From an uncultured Methanolobus sp. (GTDB lineage Archaea; Halobacteriota; Methanosarcinia; Methanosarcinales; Methanosarcinaceae), in assembly GCA_963675495.1 (NCBI GenBank), contig OY776215.1:1696001-1760000 (forward strand): a stretch of 64,000 nt of DNA. The letters run 5' to 3'. Of this stretch, positions 30,281-39,469 are shown one piece after another (the stretch's first letter is position 1; every line of letters begins with the position of its first letter). The notes below the pieces were generated by a model. That model had not been told where the DNA came from, did not search any database, and was given only the letters and a program-made list of their open reading frames with translations. The translations under genes were made by a program, and so were the position numbers.

Positions 30281-30933
30281 AAAAATCACCTCATTTAAAG
30301 CAGGAGTTCCTTAGCTTTTATTACAGCTTCACTGGCGTTCTCTGCATAGCAGTCTGCACCGATCTTTTCAGCCCATGCTTCTGTTGCTGGAGCTCCACCG
30401 ACCATTACCTTGATATTATCTCTAATACCGTTCTCTTTGAGCATCTCAATGACTTCTTTCTGAGCTGGAAGGGTTGTGGTCATAAGAGCGGACATACCTA
30501 CCATGTCTGCATTGGTTTCCTTGATCTTGTCAATGAAGTTCTGCAGAGGAACATCCCTGCCGATATCGTGGACTTCAAAACCTGCTGACTGAAGCATGGT
30601 TGAGACAATGGACTTGCCAATGTCATGAACGTCACCTTCGACAGTACCGTTTACTATAACGCCGAGTTTCTTGCTTGAAGCATCTGCTGGCATATCTGCT
30701 TCAAGGAGAGCGACACCTGCTTCCATTGCGCCTGCGGCCATCATTACATGAGGAAGGAACATCTTACCTCTCTCAAAACGGATACCAACTTCATTCATTC
30801 CTGCTGCGAGACCTTTCTCGATGATCTCAGGAGCTGAAATACCTTCACTTCTTGCTTTTTCTACAGCTGCTGTTACAACATCATTCTTGCATGTGATAAC
30901 TGCATCTGATAATTCTTTGAACATTTCTTCTTT
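28879..30933. repeat. ~2.05 kb direct repeat copy B (mtbC-mtbB)
   Basis: Matches 2719-4773. Confidence 0.95.
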
Positions 30934-30939
30934 ACTAAT
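30295..30939 (-). CDS. mtbC: Dimethylamine corrinoid protein MtbC copy 2; probable non-canonical ATT start
   Basis: Near-identical to copy 1. The homologous start codon is ATT, 6 nt after GGAGGT. Confidence 0.88.
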   Translation of the reverse strand: MSKEEMFKELSDAVITCKNDVVTAAVEKARSEGISAPEIIEKGLAAGMNEVGIRFERGKMFLPHVMMAAGAMEAGVALLEADMPADASSKKLGVIVNGTVEGDVHDIGKSIVSTMLQSAGFEVHDIGRDVPLQNFIDKIKETNADMVGMSALMTTTLPAQKEVIEMLKENGIRDNIKVMVGGAPATEAWAEKIGADCYAENASEAVIKAKELLL

Positions 30940-31353
30940 AATAATACCTCCATCACTTTTTGCCTCCAGTTGGTAGAGAACATGAAACTTGAAGAGCAAT
31001 CAGTTATAGTAAATCATAAGAAGAAAATGTATATATCATAAACTCAATCAAATGTGCTTACTGTGTTTGAATTCACTACCAACACTGACATGCTCTATTG
31101 TCTTGATAGTATTACAACAGCGTTGTAATCTTGGGTTATCATTATAATGAGTAGATATCTTATAGGCAGGATATTGAAAGTATGAAATAGCACTTCGAGT
31201 AAAAAGATTAATCAAAATAGTCAGTGCTATTTTTTATTTAAAGATCTATTCTATATCTATTATATGTAGCTGCTACAAATAAAAAAATTCTGTATTGGTA
31301 AGATGCTGAATGTTAGAGAATTAATTAGTAACTTATCACATGAAATTCTTGTC

Positions 31354-31404
31354 TCAGAACACCTGCCCTGATTCCTTGAACTTCTTCCTGGTGTCGTCGT
31401 ACCT
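31354..31404 (-). pseudogene. Tiny mtmB 3'-end remnant
   Basis: Reads RYDDTRKKFKESGQVF* versus the MtmB end VYDGARKKLEELGLVF*. Flank shares ttatcaca with the mtmB copy 1 3' flank. Confidence 0.65.
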
Positions 31405-31510
31405 TAAGATATTGATACAAAAATAAAATCAAAAATAAAAATAGAATATCTCCGGGCAGAAAAGTGACTACTACTCATATGAAGGATTAACCCGGAGAAA
31501 TTACTTGTCA

Positions 31511-32530
31511 TCAATATTTGTAGCTCTTTGCCATCTCCACCATTGCCTGGAGATTCTCGGTTGGAGTCTTGCTCACAATACCGCATCCAGGAGCCAGCAG
31601 ACCAATTCCTGCATCCAGAACCTTCTGTGACTGTTCCTTGATCTCCTCAGGTGTCCTGTTCCAGAGCATGTTAACAGGATCAAGGTTACCAACGATGACA
31701 GCATTTTTCACATTTCCTACAGCAGTTGCAGCATCTACATTCTGGTCAACACTAATAGCATCCACACCACATGTTTCCATGACTCCAAGACCCTGGGTGG
31801 TGTCACCACAGACGTGCAGTACTGTTGGAACATTAAGCTCACGCATAGCATCACAGACCTTCTTGTGGAAAGGTACCACGAACTTCTCGTAGAACTCATT
31901 ACCGATAAGCTGTGGACTTGCGGTTGGGTCAATGATGACCATTGTGTCTGCACCGTTCTCTACCATCTTCTTTGCATATGCAACACTGAACTCAGTTGTG
32001 AATTCCATGAGTGCAAGACCAAATTCCTCCTTTGTCATAATAGCCATGAACCACTCGTCACCATTGATGTGCTGAGCGAGGGAGAAAGGACCGATCATGC
32101 TGCCCATAATAGGAAGTTCGCCTCCATACTTGTCTGCAAGGATCTTGATAGCATCACATACGACGTTGATCCTGCCGTTGTCAAGGGTGTAGCCTTTGAG
32201 CTTCTCGATGTCTTCCATGCTACTTACAACGTGACCAATCACGGATGGCTGCTGTTCCTGTGTACCATCTTTGATCTCACAGCCAAAGAACTCAGCTTCT
32301 GCGGTGATATCGAAAGGTACGCGTACAGCTTCAAATCCGACTACAGTGTGACCTGCTTCGGCAAGTGTTGCCATCTTTTGCGCATCATAGTTTGCTTCAG
32401 GCCAGAAAGCGCCACAAGCTTCCATCTGATCTACTGTTCCGGTCTGAGTTACGGATACTGCAGGCATCCTGTCAACCGGCTGACCGATTAATGCACGTGC
32501 TAATCTTTCTTTTGGGGTATATTCTGTCAT
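31511..32530 (-). CDS. mtbA: Methylcobamide:CoM methyltransferase MtbA
   Basis: MtaA/CmuA family: Zn ligands LHVCG and APGCG, plus GNLDP; located in the methylamine cluster. Confidence 0.92.
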   Translation of the reverse strand: MTEYTPKERLARALIGQPVDRMPAVSVTQTGTVDQMEACGAFWPEANYDAQKMATLAEAGHTVVGFEAVRVPFDITAEAEFFGCEIKDGTQEQQPSVIGHVVSSMEDIEKLKGYTLDNGRINVVCDAIKILADKYGGELPIMGSMIGPFSLAQHINGDEWFMAIMTKEEFGLALMEFTTEFSVAYAKKMVENGADTMVIIDPTASPQLIGNEFYEKFVVPFHKKVCDAMRELNVPTVLHVCGDTTQGLGVMETCGVDAISVDQNVDAATAVGNVKNAVIVGNLDPVNMLWNRTPEEIKEQSQKVLDAGIGLLAPGCGIVSKTPTENLQAMVEMAKSYKY

Positions 32531-32564
32531 AAATTAAAACTCCTGAAAAAATAGAAACCCAGAA

Positions 32565-33047
32565 TTATAATTCTGAACCCCACCCACATTTTTTTCCAGG
32601 TTTTGAAGTCGCAGAAGTTATTTCAATTCCCGTTGAACCTTCCCATAGACCATGTACATTACAACCTTCGATCGCCCTTAGGATTACAATTGCTGATCGT
32701 ACACCACAGGTACCACATACACCAAATCCATGAATTCTGCAGTTCATTATCTCACGTGCAGAGATCATCTCCTCAGTTCCAACCACCGTAAAAATTGCCT
32801 CAGCTTTTCCGTCTGTTGCTTTTAATTCCTTTTTCTCGACAAAATCACCATTTATATGTAATTCTATCCATTGGATGTAGTGGTCTTCTTCCATAACATG
32901 AGGAAGACTACCGACCATGACTTTTACCTCAAATGGCTCACCTGTTATTACCTCTGCAGGAGCTTCAATGACTGGAATATGCTTTTTTTCCATGTCAGTA
33001 AGATTTTCATTATCTTTTGCTCGTTGAACATTGATATCCGATTTCAT
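32565..33047 (-). CDS. Superoxide reductase / neelaredoxin-like protein with a Cys-rich insertion
   Basis: EKKHIP, PHVMEEDHYIQWI, CNVHGLWE. Confidence 0.85.
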   Translation of the reverse strand: MKSDINVQRAKDNENLTDMEKKHIPVIEAPAEVITGEPFEVKVMVGSLPHVMEEDHYIQWIELHINGDFVEKKELKATDGKAEAIFTVVGTEEMISAREIMNCRIHGFGVCGTCGVRSAIVILRAIEGCNVHGLWEGSTGIEITSATSKPGKKCGWGSEL

Positions 33048-33134
33048 AAATTTCACCTGATACTAATCTGTTTTACAAATAGGCTTCTCCGTTTAAAAAA
33101 AAGTAAATGCCAGTGCTCCCACTGACATATCCCT

Positions 33135-33380
33135 CTAAAACTTATAGTGGCTTACCGAGTGATACAGCATAACTGCGAAGAATAAAATTATCCCTCCCAG
33201 CAAGCTGAAATATCCTATCGGATCCCATAGGAATTGGATGGCACCTGTCTCAGTCCATCCAACAAGCACTGAACCCTGTATTTGTGTTGGTACCACAAGA
33301 CAGACGAAGGCAAGTATGAATATAAATACAATATCAAATGCCTCCCTTATCGCGCTTTGTTTCTGTGTGTTTTCATCCAT
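33135..33380 (-). CDS. 81-aa two-TM membrane protein downstream of mtmP
   Basis: GAGGTGG SD before ATG 33380; two hydrophobic helices; ends in TAG. Confidence 0.78.
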   Translation of the reverse strand: MDENTQKQSAIREAFDIVFIFILAFVCLVVPTQIQGSVLVGWTETGAIQFLWDPIGYFSLLGGIILFFAVMLYHSVSHYKF

Positions 33381-33390
33381 ATTGCCCACC

Positions 33391-33654
33391 TCAGTCGTAG
33401 TATTTGAAATCGAACATGTGTTGCTTAATTGAATGACGTACTTGCCAGTAACCCATTGTTTCAATTCCCACTACCAGTACAAAGAACACAATGTAAATTC
33501 CTCTGATTGCAGGAGAGACCGCTGAACCTGCTGCAGATAGTATAGTAAAGACTACATAACCCTGCACAGCTATCAACAGTGCTATTGCACCTACTATCAA
33601 ATATGTGTCCTTTGCGAATGCTGCATTATATTTTGTTTCGCTAACTCCATCCAT
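33391..33654 (-). CDS. 87-aa two-TM membrane protein downstream of mtmP
   Basis: Starts 5 nt after the mtmP stop; two hydrophobic helices. Confidence 0.8.
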   Translation of the reverse strand: MDGVSETKYNAAFAKDTYLIVGAIALLIAVQGYVVFTILSAAGSAVSPAIRGIYIVFFVLVVGIETMGYWQVRHSIKQHMFDFKYYD

Positions 33655-33659
33655 TCATA

Positions 33660-35051
33660 TCACTCCTTTTCAGCATGATGACTTGGGTTTGGCCAACCCA
33701 TTTCCTCGCCCCAATCCAAGGTTTTCTCGAACTTCTTGTGCCTGTTGTGGAAGTAGAAGTATGCTATCAGATAGAAAGCCAGAGCAAAGATAAGGTTGTA
33801 TCTGTATCCCCAGAATAGTGTGGACATGATAACGATAGCTATTGCCATTGCAAAATAAGATATCCATGGTTGTAGAGGACTCACGAAAGGACGTACCTTG
33901 TTAATATGTGTCGGGAACATCTTTCTGAAACGCAGCAGAGAAAATGGTATCAATACATAGCAAAGCAATCCGGATACAATGGAGAAGGTAATGACCTGGT
34001 CCAGATAACCACTGAATGCAAAGGCTATTGCGATAGGCATTGTGAAAATTACTGCTTTGTAAGGTGTCTGGTATTTTGGATGTACGGAAGAGAACCAATT
34101 TGACACAAAGTGATCCCTTGAAAGAGCAAACCATGATCTAGAGGAATCACAAACACATCCGTTCGCACTGGAAACACAGGTAAGCAAAGTTCCAAGCGCC
34201 AACAGAGCTATCAGTGCATAAACACCAGTTGACTGTGCAGCCTCAAACAGTGGATAAACCGAAACTCCAAGACCTTCTGCAGGTATGCCGGAAGGAAGCA
34301 GACTTGCACATATGAAGAGCGTCATCGCAGCTCCGACAAGTAGTGTGATCATTCCTGCCTGTTGTCCAAGAGGTACTGCTCTTGAAGGATGTTTACATTC
34401 TTCTGCACACATTGCTGCTCCTTCTATACCCAGGAAGAACCATGGACCGAACTGCAAAGCTGCAAACAGACCTATAAGGCCATTTGGCATAGCTCCCTGG
34501 AAAAGATATTCCGGATGAAGCTCAAATACACCGAATGTTCCTGAGAAGAAGAATACTATGATAGCAAAGAAAGCTATAGCTGTCATGAAGAAGTTAAGAG
34601 TTAGTGCAGCTACCACACCTCTGTAATTGATGAACGTAAGTGTCGCTATTACCAATAATGTCACAGGGAATACCTGCAATTCTGGGAATACCTCCTGCGC
34701 TATAAATGCAACGACAATAGCATCCGCGGCTTCCAGTGCTATATATTCCATGTATACAGCAAGGCCTACACTCGCTGCTGCACCGGGTCCGATGAACAAT
34801 CGTGCCCAATCATAGGGACCTCCTGCCAATTTCGTAGCGGATCCCAGTTCACTTGCACACAAAGCGATTATCACGTACATTGTTCCTGCAACAAGCATTG
34901 CAAGCAATGAACCCAGGATACCTCCCTTCGCCACAGTGAAATTCCACCCCATAAATTCACCTACAAGAACTATCCCCACTCCCAAAGCCCATACGTGATA
35001 AGGTTTTAGAGTCTTGACAAGTCCAGGTGATTCTGTTACTTCGTCGGTCAA
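33660..35051 (-). CDS. mtmP: Monomethylamine permease MtmP (APC family)
   Basis: About 12 TM; ALGVGIVLVGEFMGWN, WFFLGIEG, AEECKHP; TTG start with GAGGTG SD; downstream of mtmB copy 2. Confidence 0.85.
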   Translation of the reverse strand: MTDEVTESPGLVKTLKPYHVWALGVGIVLVGEFMGWNFTVAKGGILGSLLAMLVAGTMYVIIALCASELGSATKLAGGPYDWARLFIGPGAAASVGLAVYMEYIALEAADAIVVAFIAQEVFPELQVFPVTLLVIATLTFINYRGVVAALTLNFFMTAIAFFAIIVFFFSGTFGVFELHPEYLFQGAMPNGLIGLFAALQFGPWFFLGIEGAAMCAEECKHPSRAVPLGQQAGMITLLVGAAMTLFICASLLPSGIPAEGLGVSVYPLFEAAQSTGVYALIALLALGTLLTCVSSANGCVCDSSRSWFALSRDHFVSNWFSSVHPKYQTPYKAVIFTMPIAIAFAFSGYLDQVITFSIVSGLLCYVLIPFSLLRFRKMFPTHINKVRPFVSPLQPWISYFAMAIAIVIMSTLFWGYRYNLIFALAFYLIAYFYFHNRHKKFEKTLDWGEEMGWPNPSHHAEKE

Positions 35052-35055
35052 ATCA

Positions 35056-35166
35056 TCACCTCTTTAATTTTTTGGATGTTTTGCTCGCATCAAGCAATAC
35101 CCATGCAATCAATGCGAAGGCTAGTAAGTATATTACTCCGTTAATGATCGTCCAATAAGTGTCCAT
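35056..35166 (-). CDS. 36-aa single-TM small protein upstream of mtmP (absent from the ORF track)
   Basis: AAGGAGG SD; MDTYWTIINGVIYLLAFALIAWVLLDASKTSKKLKR*; its stop overlaps the mtmP SD. Confidence 0.75.
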   Translation of the reverse strand: MDTYWTIINGVIYLLAFALIAWVLLDASKTSKKLKR

Positions 35167-35228
35167 TGGAAAACCTCCTTTTTAGTGTATTCTACATGAT
35201 TATTCATTAATTACTTAGATAAAAAAAA

Positions 35229-35252
35229 TGCCAGCGATAACCTTCGCTGGCA
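35229..35252 (-). terminator. Hairpin plus T-tract after mtmB copy 2
   Basis: tgccagcga-N6-tcgctggca followed by T8 on the minus strand. Confidence 0.65.
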
Positions 35253-35268
35253 AAATATTACAGATAGC

Positions 35269-36645
35269 TTAGAATACAAGTCCAAGCTCTTCGAGCTTTT
35301 TACGTGCGCCATCGTAGACCTTCACATACTCATCGGTTGGTGTTACGGTAGCAACATCGTAACATTCCTGGAATGTCTTACCAGCTGGTGCATTTGCATA
35401 ATCGTTCTCGTAGAGCTTCACAAGGTTGTCAAGTATCTTGTTGACCTCTCCAATGTCCATACCGGCAGTTGCCCTTGCAGCTTCTCCCATCATCCTTGCT
35501 TCCATACCTGTGGTCTTGTCCTGGACAACACCCTTTGCAGATGCAACACCGGAGAGGATCTCACGGCCGGATGCTGTGTCAGTTATGGACTGTGCGGATG
35601 CTTCAAGCAGGCACATCTCGGTACATGGACCTGCACATGGATAGTACTGGTTACCTGAGAGCATGTCAGTGAATTCTGAGATTGTTGCACATGCCCATCC
35701 AGCGATCTGAAGGGTTTCACGGGTGTTTGTGGATCCCCAGCGGATGTGGACCGGACCATCAAGATGCCAGCTTGCATTGCTCATTACAAATGCATTGATG
35801 TGGGTTGCGACATCAACAATTGTGGTTTCTTCTATGCCACCGGCATATCCACCAAAGATAGGCATCTGTTCGTCCATGATGATGTCACTGTTAGCATTGT
35901 AGTGTGCAATAACACTGATAGCATCAAGGTCGATCTTAAGCTCATTGAGCTGTGATACTTCGTGACTGTCGCTGCAGGCCTGGCCACCGGCACAGTCTGA
36001 AGCGATATTTCCCTGAGCGGACAGGGAAGTCTCTGGTCCCTATATGCCCATGCCTGGCCTTCCGGCCATTGCACATGCTTGTTTGATCAGCCTTGTCTCG
36101 GTCTTGGCAGCCAGAATCTCATAAGGGCTCTTTGGAATTGTTGGCTTTCCACGAACAGACATAATGACACCGTCAACAATAGTGTCGACTTCTTTCTCAA
36201 GAGCGTAACTCATGTGGACAGGCATGAATACGTTTTCAGAAATTGGGGAACCTGTTGGACCACCCTGTATTATTGGTTTTCTTTTGTCACCAACACTTCT
36301 CTTCTGAACCCTTACAGCATCTCTGCCGGTTCCGAGTGTGAACTCTTTCTGGACATTGTTGATAGCGTCCCATATCTCGTCTTCAGTATATTTTACTACA
36401 CGGCTTGTATCGGTACAGAATATACCACAGTCAAGAAGCATTTCAAAACCTGCTTTGAACAGGTTTTCCATCATGTCCTTGTCGGTTGGAACGAATTCGT
36501 TCTTGAAATCAAGTTTATATTTTTGCTTGAGCTCCATTGCCTTCATAGGAATGGTCATAAGGTCCCAGTCGTCCTGGGTCATCTTTGTACCTTTCTTTGC
36601 ACGCTCGTAGAATTCATAACAATCTAATGATCTTGAAAATGTCAT
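35269..36645 (-). CDS. mtmB: Monomethylamine methyltransferase MtmB copy 2, pyrrolysine at codon 202
   Basis: In-frame TAG at 36040-36042; same length and context as copy 1. Confidence 0.97.
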
Positions 36646-36658
36646 AATATATACCTCC

Positions 36659-37309
36659 TTATCCCATAAGTTCTAATGCTACACGAGCTGCATCTGCTGC
36701 ATTCTCTGCTGTTGCATCTGCGCCGATCTCTGCGATCCAGCCATCTGATACTGGTGCACCACCGAACATTATCTTTACAGAATCCCTGAGGTTTTCTTCT
36801 ACAAGAGCTTCAACGGTGTCTTTCTGACCCAGCATAGATGTGGTCATGAGCGCAGAACCTACAAGGAGTACTTTACTACCAGCAAGCTTTTTGATCTCAT
36901 CCATAATGTCATCATTTGGTACGTCCACACCAAGATCAACTATCTTGAAGCCATTTGCACCAAGCATTGTTGTTACAAGACGGTGACCAATATCATGAAT
37001 ATCGCCTTCCTGTACAAAAGTGATGGCTGTTCCTACACCTTCTCCAGACTTTGCATCTGCGAGTAAAGGAGTAAGGATTTCCATTGCAGCGTTCATTGCC
37101 TTTGCAGACATCATGATCTGCGGAAGATAGATCTCGGCTGCTTCAAATTTGTCCCCTATGATCTTCATGCCTACTGAAAGGCCGCCTTCTATTGCTTCAA
37201 CAGGACCGATACCTGCATCCAGAGCTTCCTGTGTAATTGCTGCACAACCATTTATATCCTGATTCACAATTGCATCTCTAAGTTTGTCTAACATTTCCTG
37301 ATTTCCCAT
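36659..37309 (-). CDS. mtmC: Monomethylamine corrinoid protein MtmC copy 2
   Basis: DIHDIGH motif; ATG 37309 after AGGTGG. Confidence 0.94.
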   Translation of the reverse strand: MGNQEMLDKLRDAIVNQDINGCAAITQEALDAGIGPVEAIEGGLSVGMKIIGDKFEAAEIYLPQIMMSAKAMNAAMEILTPLLADAKSGEGVGTAITFVQEGDIHDIGHRLVTTMLGANGFKIVDLGVDVPNDDIMDEIKKLAGSKVLLVGSALMTTSMLGQKDTVEALVEENLRDSVKIMFGGAPVSDGWIAEIGADATAENAADAARVALELMG

Positions 37310-37797
37310 TAAATCCACCTTTTGTATTTTTCATATTTTTTTGAAGTTGTTCTTACAGAATTGCATCTACCAGTACAACTATTCTTGGAAACAACTTCCT
37401 TAAGAGAAGTTATCCAATTGATAACGACTGCACGTAAGAGAATTAACTGACAGAATATAGCATAATTCATCCCGATTTTTCAACATTTACAGTACATAGC
37501 TCATCAATTATTACTTTAAAAAAGGTATGAAGATTTCAGTTTCTGACTGGCTATTAAAGGGGAATCATAATTATCATAGTCCTTGTGAATTGGCACATGT
37601 CTTGTGAATTATAAGTATCCATGTGACTTTACCTATAAATTAAATTAATATAAGGTTAGATTAAAACGTCATTCGGGGAAGGTAAAAAGGTATTTGTGCT
37701 ACTTAACAAGGATTTTGACCAATGGATTTAAGGAAACTCACAATCAAAAGTCCCTGAAAATAGGACTATTGCAGCAGAAACGGGGAAGATGATGGGT

Positions 37798-38595
37798 ATG
37801 AAAACGTCACTAATAAATACTGTTTGGTTTTCTGAAAAAAGAAAGAATGTATTGTTACTATTATATGAAGGGGAAAGGGACATCGAACAAATAAAAAAAT
37901 CACTTAATGTAACAACCAGATCCATAATGCCCCAGATAAAAACACTAAAGAATAACGACCTTATAAAGCAGGAACAAGACCAATTCGGTTTGACCACTAT
38001 AGGAAAAACAATTGTGAAGAGTATGCTACCATTTCTCTGTACATCAAGAATTATTGAAGAGAACAAAGATTTCTGGGCCAGCAGGAACTTTGATGCGATA
38101 CCTCCTCATCTTTTCAGTAGAATAAAGGACCTTGGGCATTATTTCCTCATAGAACCTGATATCAACCACATGTTTGAGCTTCCCAGGGAATTTGTTGATA
38201 ACATTCCTAAATCAAAATCTATTGTGACTTTTGTTTCATATCTTCATCCAACATTCCTCTCTCTTTATTTGAAAGCAGCCCGATCAGGAGCGAATATATC
38301 ACTTTTTGTTTCAGAGAAAGCTTTGGAAAAAATGAAAAAAGAATACTTTGAACAATTCAATGAATTGATGAAAATAACAAACACAAATGTTTTCCTTTGC
38401 AAAGAGAACCCGAAAATACCAATGGTGACAGTGACTGATTGGTTTTGTTATATTTGCCTTTTCAATGAAGAGGGGAGATATGACCACAGGGATATAATCA
38501 GTTTTGACGAGAGTTCCTTAAAGTGGTGTAATAAATTATTTGACTATTACAAGACAAATTCACAAAAGCTCTGTCAAATAACAGAGGTTGAATAA
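37798..38595 (+). CDS. Winged-helix DUF1724 / Msr-like regulator
   Basis: SEKRKNVLLLL; LKWCNKLFDYY; divergent from mtmC copy 2. Confidence 0.85.
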   Translation: MKTSLINTVWFSEKRKNVLLLLYEGERDIEQIKKSLNVTTRSIMPQIKTLKNNDLIKQEQDQFGLTTIGKTIVKSMLPFLCTSRIIEENKDFWASRNFDAIPPHLFSRIKDLGHYFLIEPDINHMFELPREFVDNIPKSKSIVTFVSYLHPTFLSLYLKAARSGANISLFVSEKALEKMKKEYFEQFNELMKITNTNVFLCKENPKIPMVTVTDWFCYICLFNEEGRYDHRDIISFDESSLKWCNKLFDYYKTNSQKLCQITEVE

Positions 38596-38626
38596 GAGAC
38601 ATGTTATTTGGGGAGGGGGTCAGATA

Positions 38627-39418
38627 ATGGATTCATCACTAAATGAAATCGTTTGGTTTTCTGAAAAAAGAAGAAAAGTATTGTTACTATTACTAAGCGG
38701 ACCAAAGAGTCCCGAGGAAATGAAGAAGGAGTTTGGCGTTGATTGGCGTGCTTTAATACTTCCACTAAAGGAGTTAAAAGAAGAAGGACTGGTCCGTAAC
38801 CCTGAAGGATCTTATGAACTATCAAACATTGGGAAACTTATCGTAGAAAACGTAAAACCAATAGAAGGTATTTTGAATCTCTTTGGGAAAGATACAGATT
38901 ACTGGGTTAAAAGAGACTTGGATGCCATCCCGGAATATCTGCTGCAAAGGATCGGAGAAATAGAGGATTCCATAATTGCCGAGCCAGAATTGAATGATAT
39001 GTTCGAACCACCCAGGGAATTTACTGAACATCTTATGAGTTCAAAATATGTACATTCTGTTTTTTCGATATATCATCCACTGTATCCGTCACTTTACAGT
39101 AAACTTGCAGAAAAGGGAACTGAACTATCAATTATTCTAACTGAGGCTGTACTTGAAAGAATGCAGGAAGATAGACAAAAAGAACTGAAAAAAATACAAC
39201 ATTTCGAAAATATAAACCTGTTCTTATACAAAAAAGAAGTGTGTCCTCCACCAATTGTAGTTACGGATAATTTATTCTCTGCCAGTTTTTTCAATGATCA
39301 AGGAATGTATGATCATCGAGATATAGTGAGTTTTTCCCAAAGTTCACTAAAATGGGGAGAAGAACTGTTCAAATATTACCAAGAAATGGCAAATTCGATG
39401 GCAAAATCTGAAGACTGA
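38627..39418 (+). CDS. Winged-helix DUF1724 / Msr-like regulator
   Basis: SEKRRKVLLLL; LKWGEELFKYY; ATG 38627 after GGAGG. Confidence 0.85.
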   Translation: MDSSLNEIVWFSEKRRKVLLLLLSGPKSPEEMKKEFGVDWRALILPLKELKEEGLVRNPEGSYELSNIGKLIVENVKPIEGILNLFGKDTDYWVKRDLDAIPEYLLQRIGEIEDSIIAEPELNDMFEPPREFTEHLMSSKYVHSVFSIYHPLYPSLYSKLAEKGTELSIILTEAVLERMQEDRQKELKKIQHFENINLFLYKKEVCPPPIVVTDNLFSASFFNDQGMYDHRDIVSFSQSSLKWGEELFKYYQEMANSMAKSED

Positions 39419-39469
39419 GATAATTTTGCAACAATGTGAAATGGATACTGATGAGAAGGAAGTGTATGA

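Noticed and set aside
33057-33137. Read-through of the TAG ending the 81-aa protein, giving a ~26-aa extension
   Set aside because: No evidence of function; the extension crosses a terminator-like hairpin and T-tract.
37387-37399. GGAA-N5-TTCC as an NrpR operator for mtmCB2
   Set aside because: The NrpR consensus has a 6-nt spacer, and the site is better explained as part of a leader hairpin.
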